64,000 nucleotides of DNA from Raillietiella orientalis (GCA_036172245.1 JAYWIR010000023.1:1612001-1676000); one strand, 5' to 3'. Shown: positions 45,021-59,480, counted from the first letter of the stretch. Notes: a model not told the origin generated them from the sequence alone. Translations and numbers: made by a program.

Positions 45021-48000
45021 CGGGTGTGTCCGAGGGATTCCCCCTACACCATGCACCTCCTGCACGCGCAGACTCTCCAGATTTGATTTTCGGCATTTCC
45101 TTTTGAAACTTCCCCTTTGCCTCTGATCTGTCCGTCGTCCAGATGCTCCTCATGTTGCTCTCGAGCCTACATTCCCGATCCTACATCCGACAGAGACCTG
45201 AAATCCCCCAAATATTTATTCGCCGTAGCTGTAACCTCGGAAAGGGGTGCTTTGCTGTCACTTGGCATGGCAAGGCTCTTCGCTTTGCGCTCGAAGCCAT
45301 TCTCAAGCTTTTGTTTTTGGTCTCAAGACGTCCTAAGACGCCACGCGCTTGGCCTTCAAGGTGCTTCCAAGGCTCTGCGCCCATGCCCCCGTCCGTAAGG
45401 GACGCGAGCACCAAACGCCCTCGCTCTTCACACGCAAAGCTCACCAGCAAGCGTGTACGACCGGAAGCAAGAAATTCTTGCAGCCTCTTTCTTGGGTTTC
45501 AGTCTTTTTCCTTTCTTTTTGGATTCGCTGCCTTTCTGAGTCGTTGCTCTCTCCCAAACAAGGTCGCTTTTACTTGCCATTTGCTCCCCTCCACCAGCAG
45601 ACACACAGTTCGTTATGCACAGATCATTGTTTACTCTTCATCCATCCCTGCATCCTTCGTGATTTCAACAGAGATGCCCACGAGCTTCTATCCTTTCAAT
45701 TCGAAGGAGATTTACGGATCCAGCAATCCGTAAATCTCCTTTGTTTCTCGAAGCCTTGTGCTTTCTTCGGATGAAACTCCGCCGCTAAATCTTCCGCCAA
45801 ACGACCTCCTCTTCTTGCTTGATTCGCCGTTCTGGACAAAGAAAAAAAAAAGGTTCCGCGTTTTCTCCCACTCTATTTGATTTCACCTCTTTCATTTTCT
45901 CCCATTGCATCATCCCGCAATCTCTTTACCAAAATCAAGCTCTCTTCGGAGGAGAGGAAACGAAAACTCTGTTCACCCTTCGTAGCCAAAATTTGGTTAA
46001 AACGCCCTCCAGTGTGGATCATTCAGGAGAAATGCAAGGAAAGCTGAGTTCGGCTGAGACGGAGCAACTGAGATTTGCTCCATGAGAGAAGTAGCCGGAT
46101 CCCACGGTAGGTTCGTTGATATGATGCTGGAACGGTGCTCGCAAAAGATCTGAATGACTAGCACACGGCCTTGTCCTGAAAGCATCCCTTTTGGGGAGGG
46201 AGGGGGGGCAACGATCTCAAAACCCCTCCTCCCCAAAAGATCGTTTTGAAACGATCTTTTGTAAACTGTCCGGAAGGAGGACTCCGTGCAGATCTGGAAG
46301 GTATCTTCGATTTACTGGAGATCCTGCGAGCCGCCCTTGGGACAAAAGTGTGCCTGCGTTCTTTGGCATCAGCAGAGAAGTTTGTTTGTTTTCTCAACAG
46401 CATGGTTTGTTCTTTTCCTCCAGAGCTGTGGATGCTTCCGCCTTCCAGCCCAACTTTTCTCGCTTGTGCTTCATGCAACCTTTGTAATTCGCTCTTTCGA
46501 AACCGCAGTCAGCGTCCGGAATCGGTCACGACACCGCGCTGGCGTCGCTCTTCCGCTCCGGAACCAGGCACTTCTCCGATGCCAAGCACCGGCAAGGGGA
46601 TGGCCCGTCGAATGGATTCTGGAATCCAAGGCGCAGAACGGTCCTTCAGCGGACGAGCACGAAGCTCCGGGCAGTCCGCAGCTCTAAGCTTCACCGATCC
46701 CTGAATGCCAACTTTGAGTCGACTTGCACTTGGGATCGTCTGGAAGGCATCTCGAACCCGTGGATGGAAGAAACAAATGTGCCATCGCCCATCTTAGGAG
46801 GCTACCGCGCACCCCAGCAGAGGGAAATTCTTGGGCAAGGGAAGAGCACGTTGAAGCGCTTCATGTCTTGTCGACCGTGCTGCATTCAGATGGCATGGGG
46901 ATCAGGCGCAGGAAGATTCGTGTTCCTTTTCTCGAGGAGCACCACTAGTCCCATCGTTCGTGAATTTTTATCTCGGAAATTATGGGTGCAGAAGACTGGA
47001 TTTGTTTCCTCATCAAACAAGCAGACAAACAAGTGAGGAGCACTCGTCCTCGTAAACACTTCAGATTGCTCAGAGTTCGCGGGAGTGCAGATGCCAGATT
47101 ACTTGTGTGCGAGGGAGGGGACGGAGGAGGGAAGGTGGGACGAGCCATCAAGCTTCTAATAAATCGAACTGGACCAAATTTAGATCGAGGAAATGCTCCC
47201 CTCTCGAAAATTGAGGAAGGTAGCTCTTCCTCATGAGCAGGTGCGGAAGACGCCATTCCGCGCATTCCTGGCCCAAAGACGCGAAAACACGGGTGAGTTC
47301 AATGATTGCCACGTTGCAGATCCTCATGGCAGCAACAAGGAGCACGTGGCTTCCGCGCGCCTTCCGAGTTCTGCACCTGGAATCAGCCTCCGCTCCTCAT
47401 CATGGCTATCCATGACTCCTTGGGAAGACCACTGTCTTGAGGCGAAATGGGAAAAACAAGCTTCGAGGGACGAACCATCCACTTTCAGGAAATAATGAAC
47501 GAGGTGATGGGCTAAGCAGATGGAACCGAAGATCGGTTCGTTAGTTACAAATGATTTGTTCTTCCTTTTATGGCCGATTAGTATGTAATGAAAAAGAGGT
47601 AGGGTTCCTGAGTTCTTCCATAAATTACCTAAGGTTGAAACTCATAGCAGGAATTAATAGTACATAAATATGTATTGTGAATTAGATGCCATTTAATCAT
47701 AAACATATCTGAGATCTGTCGTTGACATAATGACTATAATTGCATTGCTTTGGCTCCTGGAGGCTATATACGTATAGGAAGGATATTATGCAAACATAGA
47801 ATATTCCATAATTCGGGGAAAGAGAACAATAAAAATTACCGCTCTGACAATCATTCTTGTAGTCCAAGGAAGGCAGGATAACTATCATTCTGGACAGCAT
47901 TCCATCGGCCATTTCTTCCCACCGAAGCATCACTCGGAACTCTTTATCGTGAACCATGACGCGCACGAATTAAGATTTCCGAGCATTGGATGCAGGAATA

Positions 48001-50254
48001 AATGTGCCCTACCCATCTGCCATCTTGAACACAAAGTGTTGATTCTAATTCCAAAATCAGTTTTGAGAAGAGCGCTGCTTCAACCCGAAACGTGTTTCCT
48101 TCTGAGGCCATCCTCAGCTACTCCAGGACGAACACGCAGGATTTGGTAATCTCCACTTCACTTCTGACTGGCAAGGATATCATCAGTTGAACAATTCTGG
48201 AGGGGGAGTCTTGGAAACAGTGGGAGGGAATGAACCTACCTAAACACTGACCGCAGATAAAGCACGTGGACGCTGCTGCGAAACTTCGAAGCACAAGAAC
48301 ACATCTGCACTCTTTGAAACGAAATCCATTCACTTCCTCCAGCGATAGAAAAAGTGACTAGGAAACCGAAAAAGTCACTCCGGTGGGTGTGGTGAGCGTT
48401 CCTGGGTCCTCAGACTTGCTCTCAGGCTGCGGTACTCTTCAGGACAGATGGATCCTGCCGTCGGCATCCGTTTTCGAGATTTTTTCATTCCGCATCCTTC
48501 ATTCGTTTCGTCGTCGGAAGGTGTTGAAGTGGACACCTGCATGTCTGCTGTGATCCTTCCCATTCGCTCCTTACTTCTCTGCATGAAGTCTCTGAGTCCA
48601 CTTTGCAACTATTTCTTATTTCATCGAGGCGAGGGAAGATCGATTCATGACGGTACACGATTGCAATCGTTCGTCCTGGTGGTGGCAGCAGGAAATCTAG
48701 GGAACGTGGATGCTCGAAATTTAAGTCTATCAAGCGTGACGATCTGTGCAACTCTCGAGTCTGCCGATGAACACGATAACGAACGTCTTTTGGGGGGCTC
48801 TCTGGCGACGCGTATCAATTGCTCATCTCTTGCATGAAGTTTTAGTGGAAACGCCGGTGTCCGAGTTTCCGCCAAAACATCCTTCAAGGAGAGAGGGCAT
48901 ACCAACTGCATCACAAGAAACTGCGGAAAGCAAGGCAACCAATGATCATTAGCAAGCTGCATGACGCACCACTGTTGTGTAACAAAAGGCTCCCGGTCAC
49001 CGAAATCCCCGATCGTGCATCCAAAGTGTCCACATGTGCATTAGAGGCAGCAGGGAAGCGTTTGTCTTACCAAGGAACCTCCTGGGTTCGCGTAGATGCT
49101 GATGTCCGCGGTGGCGCAAGGTCGCATTCCTTCTCAGCTGGTGGCGTGACGGTGAATCCACTTCAGAAGATAATTCACAGGAGCAGAATACACAAGTGTG
49201 GTTTCGTTTCCGTTCTTCCTTCTCGTCGCTTGCCTCCCGATCTGTGGCGTTCGATTTCTTTCGTCCTTTCTCTTTCATTTGCATCCCGCATCCGAGTAGC
49301 ATCCAGCGTCTCCGAAAACTGCACGATCCAAGCATTAAAGAAAAAAAAAGGAAAAGGAAATCGACGTAGGCGCCTCATGAGCGGGGGTACAGGTCGGCTT
49401 CCCATGCACACGCTCCGAACGCATTCCGTAGGATCTCTGAGAACGACATCACGAAGAGAGTCCCGCGGACAAGGGATGGGGTTTGCGGTGGAGGGCGGCA
49501 TGCAGGCGGGTTTGCGACAGATACTCTAGACGAAAGACAGGCTCCTGGAGGCCTTACGCAAGCTCTTGAGCAAGCAACCCCCCGCTCGCGATCATTCGAT
49601 TCTGCAAAGGAACGGCAATACTCTGCTGTATCAGTCAGCACACCAGTAACCAAAGGTGACACGGTGACACGGTTCTTAAGGGAGGGGGGGAGGAGAGCGC
49701 TTGCATTCGGATTCTCATTCCCCGCTGGCATCCAATGAACGAGTTTTCGTGATTCAAAAATACAAGCGCCACCGCTCTTTTCGTTTTGAGGTTCGTGTGG
49801 GCTACCGATGCCCTTTGTTTTTTTTTTTTTTTTTTTGAGTGAAAAACGACTGCAAATATGCGTTCATCATGTTCCAGTAGTTGACGGCAATGATTGATGC
49901 ATCTTTTAATGATGGATAAAACTGCCTATGTCATGCTGAAATACGGATACTTTGATCCTAAGGAGAAAACGCTATTGCTCTCTGCTTGGGCACGTTGTGC
50001 TTCTCGATTTTGAGGATCTTCAAAAAAAAATGAGCTCTCCTTAGAGCAAAAAAAAAACACCAGAGGAACTGGTAAACACAGCAGCGGCAGCAGAAAGGAC
50101 TCCATCTCAATCCATGGTCCCCTCTTCTTTCCTTTTCCCCTGCTATCTCTATATATATCTAAAAGAGCAGAAACCTCAAAATAACACTTCAGTTTTCTTA
50201 ATTTCCGTGAGCACAGGGATGGAAAAGATGGGGTGCTGCTTTTTATCAGTCACC

Positions 50255-51730
50255 CATGATCATTCTTTCTCCGGAGCACCATGAAAGTTTCTTCCACCAA
50301 ACACGCAAATCCAAAGTGATAAGGCTAACAAAAGCAAACGAACGAAGAGTGGTTCCGATCTTTTACGCTGTCCTCCTCCGTGAAGAGCGGCAAATCGAGT
50401 GAAAGCTTGAAGCTTTTCTTCGTGCCCCTGAGCACCGTCCTTTCTGGACCATTTCTATTTTTGCCAACGATTCCCCCGATGGCATTTCATTTCCAGAAAT
50501 GCCATCGGAACGAATTGGCCGGAGGATTTTCGTTTGCGACCGGAAAAGCTGGTGAGGTTTCAGAAAGTTTCCATCCACTTCTCTATGGACTGAGTGCCAA
50601 GGACCAAACTTTTCCCAATCTGAACTTCTAAGAGCGATTTTCACCACTTAGGCACAAACGATGAAAGGATGAAAGGAGTGTACGTAGGGACTCGACGAAA
50701 TCGGGGATGTTTGCCGAATCATGTATTTCCGTGGGCGGAGAGATTTCTTCAAAATCCGTCTTCCTGATCTTCACGCCGATCCAGTTATAAGGAAATAATA
50801 CATGGTCAGAAGATTTCAAATGATGGGAGTGCTATCGTTTTCATCTCGTGATGTTTCCACCGGTGGTTTTTCCGGAAGATTATGTCTAGAAAAACCTACA
50901 CAACGGATCCTCACACACTTCCTGCTACATGATGGATCCTTAAAATGAAGATTCTTTATTTACACATCGGGAAAAAGGTCCTGGTATCAATCAACGCTTG
51001 GATACAACAAAGGCAAGGATCAGTAACAGAAACGACAATCAAAGCAAAGCATAAACTCTACATTACAGGAAAATTCATACGGAAAACATGGTTGCCATGG
51101 TAAATGAATACCTTATAGTAGAGAGACTCAAGGAAAGGAACAAGACAAGATTTAGGACAAGAAGGCTTGGTTACATCATTCAGGGCTCACTCAAACTCAG
51201 TGAATAAATCAATGAATTTTCGGACATGTTTCTATTGGAACAAAGTATTTTGCAATTAATGTAGCCGAAGAAAGAATTCGTTCAAATGTGGTACATAGAA
51301 TATGTCTTCAGGAGGGATTTCCCATGATCTTCTCCATCTGCTCATCCGAATAGGAGCTCGTTGACGGTTGTCACCTTGTCCGGTGTTCCAGAATTGCTTT
51401 CGGGGCATTTCCCTGCTGCGTTGGTGCGCATCGTTTTCTTCTTCGCTTTCAGCCTCCGAACAGATCGTTCCGAATCTCCAGGGTTTCCTGCGCAGCTCGT
51501 CGTTCTTCGGGTCCAGGACTCCCAGAAATCCTGCCAGCGGTGCTCCTACTGGAGGCGGTCCTTCTCTTCCGATGAAAATGAGAGATTTCCTGTATCTGCA
51601 CATGAGGTGATCATGGAAAACGACCACCTCATTTGCACTCCTATTAAGATGATTCATCAAGCAGACTTTTTAAAAATGACCGGAGTGCTGTTGATAGCTG
51701 GTCGGTGTTTAGCAGAGCCACTCCGCAGTC
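50255..51730 (-). mobile_element. Decayed LINE ORF2 (RT plus post-RT region)
   Basis: Minus-strand remnants LLNTDQ, NEVVVFHD, ENRS*KFRLGK, then IGGIVGKNRN..VLRGTKKSFKL. 50255-50490 is an inverted homolog of 52270-52500. Confidence 0.4.
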
Positions 51731-52189
51731 AAGGGAGACGTCGACAGAATACTTCTGACCTGAAAATCACGTCAAAGAGAATATATTGATGATTGATCAT
51801 CAGTCTGCATGACATAAGGGTATGAAAGTAAAAATGAATTAAAAATGAATCAGTAGAGTAGCAGCTTTTTTCCGGGCTAAGAGCTTCACAAAAGTGACAC
51901 TGGGTGATTTCTTTTTTTTTTTTTTTCGAGCTGACAACCAGCGATGGGAGCGAGTTGTGCTTCAACAAGTTCAGCAAGCGAGCATCACAACTGAATTTCC
52001 ACCTTGTTGATGCTCATTTTTCGTTTCACTGCTTCCAGCCTTTCTCAGGCAAGGGACCTGGTGCATCAAAGAGGCATTTTTCTCTCTCTCACTTGCAAGA
52101 TTCCGAAGATTTGCCTGAAGACATGTTTCTGAACATATCCTTCCATCGCTTGCTTGCCTGCTAATTGAACTGATCTTGTTGGTTGAAAA

Positions 52190-52500
52190 AGTTGCCTCGG
52201 TATCACAGTAACTTACACGGAGATGGAAGCGATTCAGCGGACTTAAAGTCGGCTTGTAATTTCATTCTGTTCCATTTATAAATACCATCGGAATCATTCG
52301 CAAAAATAGAAACGATCTGCAACGGACGATGCTCAGCGGTGTAAAGAAAAGCTTCAATCTTCCACTCAATTTTCCGCTCTTTACGAAGGAGGATAGCGCA
52401 AAAGATCGAAAACACTCCTCTTTCGTTTGTTTTTGTTGGTCTCGTCGCTTTAGATCTGCCGTGTGATGGAAGAAACGTTCTTGGTCCAGAGTGGTCATGA
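52190..52500 (+). mobile_element. Decayed LINE post-RT fragment, inverted homolog of 50255-50490
   Basis: CLGITVT..W then IGIIRKNRNDLQRTMLSGVKKSFNLP resemble the K.LG...L.W..H / G++RR.R..L....L..Y region of CR1/L2-like ORF2. Several differences from the other copy are synonymous in this frame. Confidence 0.45.
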
Positions 52501-55049
52501 CCGTGGTTGTGCTCCCTTTCAAAATGAGTGGTCGAACGGAATGTGATCTTTTGCTCTGGGAACCAGATGTAATCAACCTTCGGATAAGTTGCGGAGATGA
52601 CCGTTAGACACACCGCTTCTGGATATAATTTTCTTTCATTTATCAGGTGCCTCACTGCTTAATTCCAATGCTCTCCCAAAAACGATCTGTGGAAATCGAG
52701 GACAAAGCGAGTTTTCAAAACAAAAAAGACAAAAGACAGAGTTTGTTTGACAGGCATCCTTCTTGCTGAGAGTCCCCACACGTGGAAAGTGACTGTCAAG
52801 AATCCATTTTTTCTCATCTCTCATATTTAAGAAGTGTTTTCCCTCCTGAATCCTGGGAGAAGAAAGGATTCGGATTGCATGCAACCATGCGACCGACCGT
52901 TTGCACGTTGTGTTGACCACGCCGAAAGCAAATGATGCCACCAGGAACGGCACATGCCACAGATCGAATCAAACCGGAAATGCAAATCCAAATAAGTTCT
53001 CGAAGCGAGATCGAGTTTTGTCAGAGCAGCACTAGAATCCGAGTCCAGACGAGATGTTCTCGTTCGGAAAAGACACAGAAAAGAGCTGTGAACGGACACA
53101 AGAATCTCCATTGTGCTATCCACAAGTCAGCTGCGCCAACATCAAGGCCGATTCGGCAGCGTAATCACCTCATCTTGCAACAAGGCATATGGTGTCTTTT
53201 GGCAGCATGGAACATGCAAATGCCGATCATGGAACGGAATTTCATGAGAAACAGAAGCCGCCGCCTCCGCATATCGATTAGCAAACCTCGCGGATGTTGA
53301 AGTCGGGCGCCAACCCAATATGATTCGCAAGCATATCAGAGCATAAAGGGAAACGGGAAAATCTCAGACCATCTCTGGAAATCAACGTAGCCTGGTGATC
53401 ACACGTTGCATTTCAGTGGTTTGCCGTTTTCCCGTAGCATGATGACTGTTACATGATCAGAATTCCTGAAGGGAAGGGAAGTGGACGAAGAAACCACTCG
53501 AATAAGCGTTCCGGGAAACATGGTGCTCAAGAAGTGCTGGATTCCGGTAGACTCCCCTTCGAGAAGTATATATTTTTTTTTTTTTTGAAACACCAGAAGA
53601 AAATTTTCTTCGATAATAAAGATCATTCTTCAAGTATTTCATGTTCTAAGATGCATTTATCTCTAATCGCTCCATTGTGAACTGGAAACAAGCAGTAGAG
53701 ATGCAATCAAGCCTTCAGAACCCGTTACTGTCCCAAGGAACGTGGACTTCTGTCTGGTAGGAGCACTTCGAAAACTCTCCTCAGTGAAAACGATATGCAC
53801 TTTTCAAGATTCGAGAATTTTTCTGAGAACATTTTCGGAACTCACTGTGGCACAATAGTTGTTGGCTGGTTCGTGGCAGCTGTGTGCAGAGCTAAGTTTT
53901 CGGAATTTCTTGAATCTCTCAAGATGATTACGTCAACAGCTACAAAGCTATCTGGCAGGCGGAGCGCGCAAGGATATAGCCGCAAAAAAAACATTTGGGA
54001 GGATAGCATGTGAATCTGGCACAAGAACAAGAACATCCTTACTGGAGTTGCCATTGAGGGAAAGAGGCGACGGGACCACAAAGGGGCAAAGGACGGTTCG
54101 CGTAGAGAGGTAAAGTTCAAGGAAGAATGGTGAAACACAAGTGTTACACGCCGTTTCTCGTAAGAACCGAACTCTTGAATAAGCTCTATTTATTAAGAAG
54201 GAAGAAGCTCTTTGCTAGAAGAAGACCCCCTAAAAAGTCCATTTTTCGGGGTTGTTGGGAGTCTCATTTGAATTCTTCCAGAATTTCCCGTTTTTGCCGG
54301 CTTTCTTCAGAAGGGATCAAGGGATCCTTCTTCCTTTCGAAAAAAATCGAATTTCATTCGTTCGCTCAAATGAGGTGTGTATATGGGTGGAGGAGTAGGG
54401 TGTTTTCCTCATCGGGTCCAGACATCCCTGGAGTATTCAGGGCGTTTCCCCGGAAAATGACTGGCTTCGAATCCCTTACGGCATTTCTTGAGCCTCAAGG
54501 TTCGCAAAGCTTTGTCGCCAGGAAAGTCGCAGGCTCCAAGCTTGCTAACTGGTATCATTCCGTACAAAAAGAACAGCGTGTCAGGGTGTTTTTTCCTTTC
54601 CAACACTTGCAGACACAACAGGTTCCAAGAAGGAGGCCGCTCCGAGAATGCAATGGTCGCTTCCAAATTGGAATGAGAACAACAACAAAAAATAAAAAAA
54701 GCAGAACAAGACTCCCAGTTATTCTCGAACACGTGCAAAAACGTCCTCTGGTAGTCGCGCGTCTTTCCAGCCGAAGACCCCATTCGAACACGATGAGTGG
54801 ACTGCTCACGGATCCACGGAGTCTGGGGATCTCGTGGATTTTTCGCGAGACGAACTCGGAGCACCAAACTCATTTCGGCACAAACATCTTGCGACAAAGG
54901 CAACTCTTTCGCGGGTGCCCTTCTGAAACGAATTTCTCTGCTTCCTTGGAATTTCGCTTCTGTCTCAAAAAGCAAAAAAAAAAGAAAGAAAAAGAGAAGA
55001 GGAAATAGGAGGAACATTCTGAGATTGCTCGCCATGCTGTCCAACCGTT

Positions 55050-55590
55050 GGAGAAACTTACAAAAAGATCGAGTTTCCGAAATTCCGGCATCAGTCAGGA
55101 AATCCGATCATCCGTCTGGAGGACCCAGTCTGGCCGACCGCGCAAAGAGGAGACACTCCGCCTTCTTCATGAGCAGATGGATGCCTGCGTTCTTCTTCTC
55201 TCCCATCGTGGTGGATCCGAGGCAACTCCGCAGCGTGGATTTCGATCCGGGCACGTCAATCGCGAACTGCTTAAACAGGAGGCTGAGAAGGGCTGGAAGG
55301 GGAGTGGCCCTTTTCCACTGGTTCGAACCGCTCCCGCGGAGCCTGCGAAGTCAAAGACGAGCGGATCGGTGTCGGCGCACTGGTTCGTGGCGACTGAGAG
55401 AGGAAACTCTTTACAGACGACAGAGCATAAATCAGTATCCGGAATGCTACTGAGATCAGAGCTTTTTGCAAAGTCGAGGAGCGAATGGACCGCGCGCGCT
55501 GAGACCCGCATCGCGTGGCTGTATTCTCCGCTCATAACACCAAGCGCGCTGCGAGTTCGAATCTCCACGCGGAGGATCGACGCCAAGAAA
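55050..55590 (+). mobile_element. Decayed LINE reverse-transcriptase remnant
   Basis: QRGFRSG (~55231), SFLQSR (~55460), GCIL (~55517) and LHAED (~55563) occur in RT motif order with roughly plausible spacing, across frameshifts and stops. Confidence 0.45.
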
Positions 55591-55617
55591 TGAGTGCTTC
55601 GTGGGTCTCGAGTCCCC

Positions 55618-56210
55618 ACCCCTGCAAGATGACGCTAGTTGGCCTTGAAGGCTTCAAATGCAGCACTGGTGGAAGCCAGGAAAAGGACTCTTCTGTTGAC
55701 TCACCGGAATTGGAAGCTGACCCACCGGGGTCCTTCCTTCCAGGAACCAAGGAGCCGCAGAGTTCCTCCTCCCTACCCAGGTTGTGAAAACCCCGTTCCC
55801 CCCCACCTCGAAGGGGAATCCTCCATCGAATACTATGGAGCTGATGAATAGATACCTCTCCAGAGTGTCAAGAAGAGCGCTGCTCCCTTCGGGGAGTGAC
55901 CCCTCAGAGAAATTTGGAAGCAGCCCTTCGGGGTTCCCTTCAGGAAAGGAAACGAAAAGCAGATCCTTCCGGGAGTCTCTTCGGAGAGAAGGTAGGGGTT
56001 CTCCTCACAGTTCTCTTCAGAGACAACCAGAGAGAGCGAATGGAATCGATGAACCCAGACCTGATTCTCTGTTTGTTGGCAACTGCGAGCGAAGCGGACT
56101 CTGACGTTCATCCATTTCAAGCGCGGGAGTTGCTCCAGCCGTGCTGCGATCGCCAGGCTGACCATTCTGTGCCAAAGACAAATTGAGGCGGCAGTGTAGA
56201 GCACTTGAAC
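55618..56210 (+). mobile_element. Decayed LINE ORF2 fragment, copy B
   Basis: Shares cccctgca.gatgacgctag, attggaag.tgaccc.ccggggtccttcc and ctctccagagtgtc with copy C. Downstream remnants ANGID and FIHFKRGSCSSRAAIARLTILCQRQIE fit the pre-RT/RT N-terminal motifs. Confidence 0.5.
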
Positions 56211-59049
56211 AGCAAGACCTCCTCTCTCCAGGTTCCACGCAGGCGCAACAGGATTAGAAAGATCCTCCAGAATAATAGCAATTGGCGGTTTCCATCTGCG
56301 ATCGCGCCCGCCCCGGCGAGAATTCACCTCCAACATCCGTGCCGAACGGAGTGCTGCGTCTTAGCGACCCCTCATCGGAGAGCATTTCTATCGGGAGAGG
56401 ACCGTGGCTTGCGTGGGTCGAGCTGTTCCCCACTCGCCGGGCAACCCGCGCCGTTCTCCGCCCATTGCTGCTCTCGTCCAGATAGCCTCCGCGTGCTCTC
56501 CGGAGTGCCACACCGGCGTTTCCGCCTCGGTTCTACAGATGCTGAGATAGAAGGAAAGGAAATCCGGGGATTCCCGGAAGCCAGCTCCGTCTCAAAAAGG
56601 AATGCGTTTGAGAGAAATGGTGCCCGGTTACCGGGGAGGACGGACCCAGGACCGCCGGAAACAGAGGCGAGGGCAGGGAGAGCGGCTCCAGACACGACTC
56701 CGAACAGCGTTCTGCCCGTCCCTTGCGCTCCTGGCCTCCATATCAGCGTATCCTTTCAGTCGATCGAGGGTTCTGCTTCGAGCAGAACCTTCGATCGATC
56801 ACCCGTGCAAACAGCGTCCTGGATGCAAGACGCGGATCCTTCGCGCGGAAGATGCGCGGAGTGGGACGGGACATCGCTGCAACTCATTCGCGGCAAGGCC
56901 GCGTGTGATGTGCTGATTCCGGCGCCGGCAGGCGCGGAGGTGCAGAGAAAGGCAAAGAGGAGGCCAAGTTGAGGAGGGTGAGGCAAGAACGGCGGCTTGC
57001 AACCGGCCCATCCGGGAGGCGGCGCGCGAGTTCGCCCAGCGAAGAAGAAGGACGGAGCCACCGCCCTCGGCGTCCCTCCGATAGACGGGCGTCCACCCGG
57101 CGCGCCTCCTTTTCGCCGCAGGAGGAGCGCGGGCGTTGGTCCCGGCCACGGTATTTGGGACGCCGGGGTCCTGGGATCCTCGGGTGACGACGGTACCCCA
57201 CGGAAGCCCGAAGTTTTTCGTCAGCACGTAGGTGGACCGCTTGAGGGTGCACAGCGGCGGTGGTGCCTTCCACCACGAGGCTGGACCGCCAGATGGAGCA
57301 GATAAAGCAGTAGCCAGAGGGAATCCGCAGAGACCTCGGCAGGCTCCGCAGTCGCGCTCAGCAGTTTGCTCCCGCTTCGGAGGGAGAGGTACCGTTCTGA
57401 TAGAAGCACATGCATGCGGCCGCAGCATCCTGAGAGCTTTGTCAGCATCAGCGTCGCATCAGTGATGGTCCCGGACACCCCTACCCTCCATAGAATCAAG
57501 TTATCATCGATCATCTCCTTCTCATCCCCAAATTTCCTATTTCTCTTGCATTCGCAAAATGCTTCTGTGAAGTTTGCGTTTGGTGATTATCCAGTGCACA
57601 TGATATTTGCTCCAGAAAACCAAGAATTCTCAGGATAGAGAGATTTGGTGCAGTTTCCCTTGATCAGGATCCTTTCCGAAGAGGGCACTTCGAATGCGAT
57701 TTTACGCAGGAGCTCAGCTCCACCGATGTTAGCGATCCAGTCATTTTCTAAACAAATTCTTTCGTTTGTACCCTTTCCTTCTAAACCAGCGCATCCTCAG
57801 CAGTCACAGGATGCCTCATGAAGCAGAGTGAGCTCCACCCCCTCTTCCAGAGGAGACTCGCCTCACCTACAGTTTCGGAGCAAGTGATCCGTGAAGGAAA
57901 AGCTCGTGAATGACTTGCATCTGACGCCGGTCCCTCCGCGAACTCTCAGTTCCGAGTCTGCCTTCGGAGCTCCCGGGGGAAGCTATGCTCTTGGAAGGAC
58001 CTCTACGCGAGGAGGTTACGTGCTGGACGTCTCTGGAAGCCGCGTCCGACTCTGAGTCTGGAAGTGGTCCTTTCAGAATGATCGTTCGCTCAGGTCAGGC
58101 AGATTCAGGTCGGCAGCGCCACGGAGGCACCTGAGGCATCTTCTCTCTGAAGAGGGACGAAGACTCTCATTTATCGGGACCTGTATCATCCCACGAGCTG
58201 GAATCTCATTTTACGCCTCGCGCGGAAGCTTTCGACCGTATCGAGAGTCAAGCGCTGCTGGATACGACTCCAACGGGTCAGGGTTCGCATGCAGAGACCT
58301 CTCCGGGATCGCTGCAAAGCTGTGGGAGGAAGAACGCCACGGATTCCTGTGTCGCTGGTTAAGGGTATCCTCCAAGGGCACTTTATCAGGCAGTCGCTCC
58401 GAGATCAGAAGCGTCTGAGATGCCAGAGTCATGGGAGGCATCGTAGACGGGGATCGAGAATCTTCTCTACTTGAAGCGGAATTACCTGAGGAAAGCAGAC
58501 GAAAATGTGCGCGTGGAGACGGCGACCAAGACAACAATTTTTTTCCCGTCTTTTTTTTTTTTTTTTACTCCCTATTGAAGACTGGCACATCCCGCAAGAC
58601 GTTCGGAGGAAATTGCGATCCTTGCATCTTCGGAGGAGTCTTTGCGACGGGTGCTCTTGGTAGCGGCTGAGCCTTCTTCCACGTGGTTGGAACCGGAGAC
58701 GTAGGTGACGTGAAGTGCGGCAGCGTCTCGCACCCCTTTCTGATTCTGGACGTCGAATGGTGCCATCGCGCACCAGGCAGTCTCTCTCAGAAAATGCAGC
58801 TCCTGACGGGATGCGCTCACCAGAACTCCGCCTTGGTCATGAGGTACGGATGGTGGCATTCGAGGCAGCTCTCCGGGGAAAACGTTAAAAGGAGTGCGTG
58901 TCGCCACCCCTTCTCTCCCAGGGTGTGTCTTCCTGATAGTGATAGATAGGAAGGGCCGCGACCCTCGGATCCGGTGATTGAAAGAAACCGAGTGGAAGAT
59001 ATAGGAAAGGCATTAGTAGGGGGAGGGGAGCAAGGAAACATTCTGGAGC

Positions 59050-59480
59050 GACAGTGCTCGGAAGCAAACCCCTTGACGGCCATCCCATCACTTCTGAAAC
59101 TGACCCCTGATGGACAGGACGTTAGGATCTCAGCACTCAGAGAGATCGCAAGGTGGCTACCCTGAGGAGAACACCAGAAGCAGTGTTTTCTGACCTTGGA
59201 GCAGGAAGATTCATCCTTTGCCGTCTTAGTGTCAGAACTGCAAGGACTCTTGAAGACGCTCCGCCTATCCGCATCGTTTCTAGAAACCGAGCAATCAGCG
59301 AGTCTCCCCTAAGAAATCCTATAATGGCCTGGGATGCCTTTGATCTTCCGATTTCCCTCCTCTCCCAGAGCTCTTTGATATTCGAGTTCGTTCCCTCGGG
59401 AATTGTGGGTTCGGTCTCTTCCTTCTCCTCCTTTACCCTCCCTACTTCTCCGTTTTACGCGTACGTCTTGGATCTTTCCC
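59050..59480 (+). mobile_element. Possible very old LINE RT remnant
   Basis: NPLTAIPSLLKL, AVFSDL, VPSGIVG and FYAYVLDL loosely parallel RPISLL..SKL, AVFLDL, GVPQGSV and YADDL. Confidence 0.3.

Noticed and set aside
50255..52500. ~240-bp inverted homologous segments read as terminal inverted repeats of a ~2.2-kb DNA transposon
   Set aside because: The arms are quite diverged, I saw no target-site duplication, and both translate to LINE post-RT-like sequence with synonymous differences. Two oppositely oriented LINE relics explain it better.
52203..52655. 150-aa - strand ORF with a GTAAGT donor-like site near its end
   Set aside because: It lies antisense to the LINE-like frame, and the homologous copy at 50.3-50.5 kb has a stop in the same frame.
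54127..55008. 293-aa + strand ORF
   Set aside because: No recognisable domain, overlapped by similar-length ORFs on both strands, and adjacent to LINE debris.
55316..55335. GGTTCGAACC tRNA T-loop/B-box-like motif
   Set aside because: No cloverleaf or A-box context; it lies inside an RT relic.
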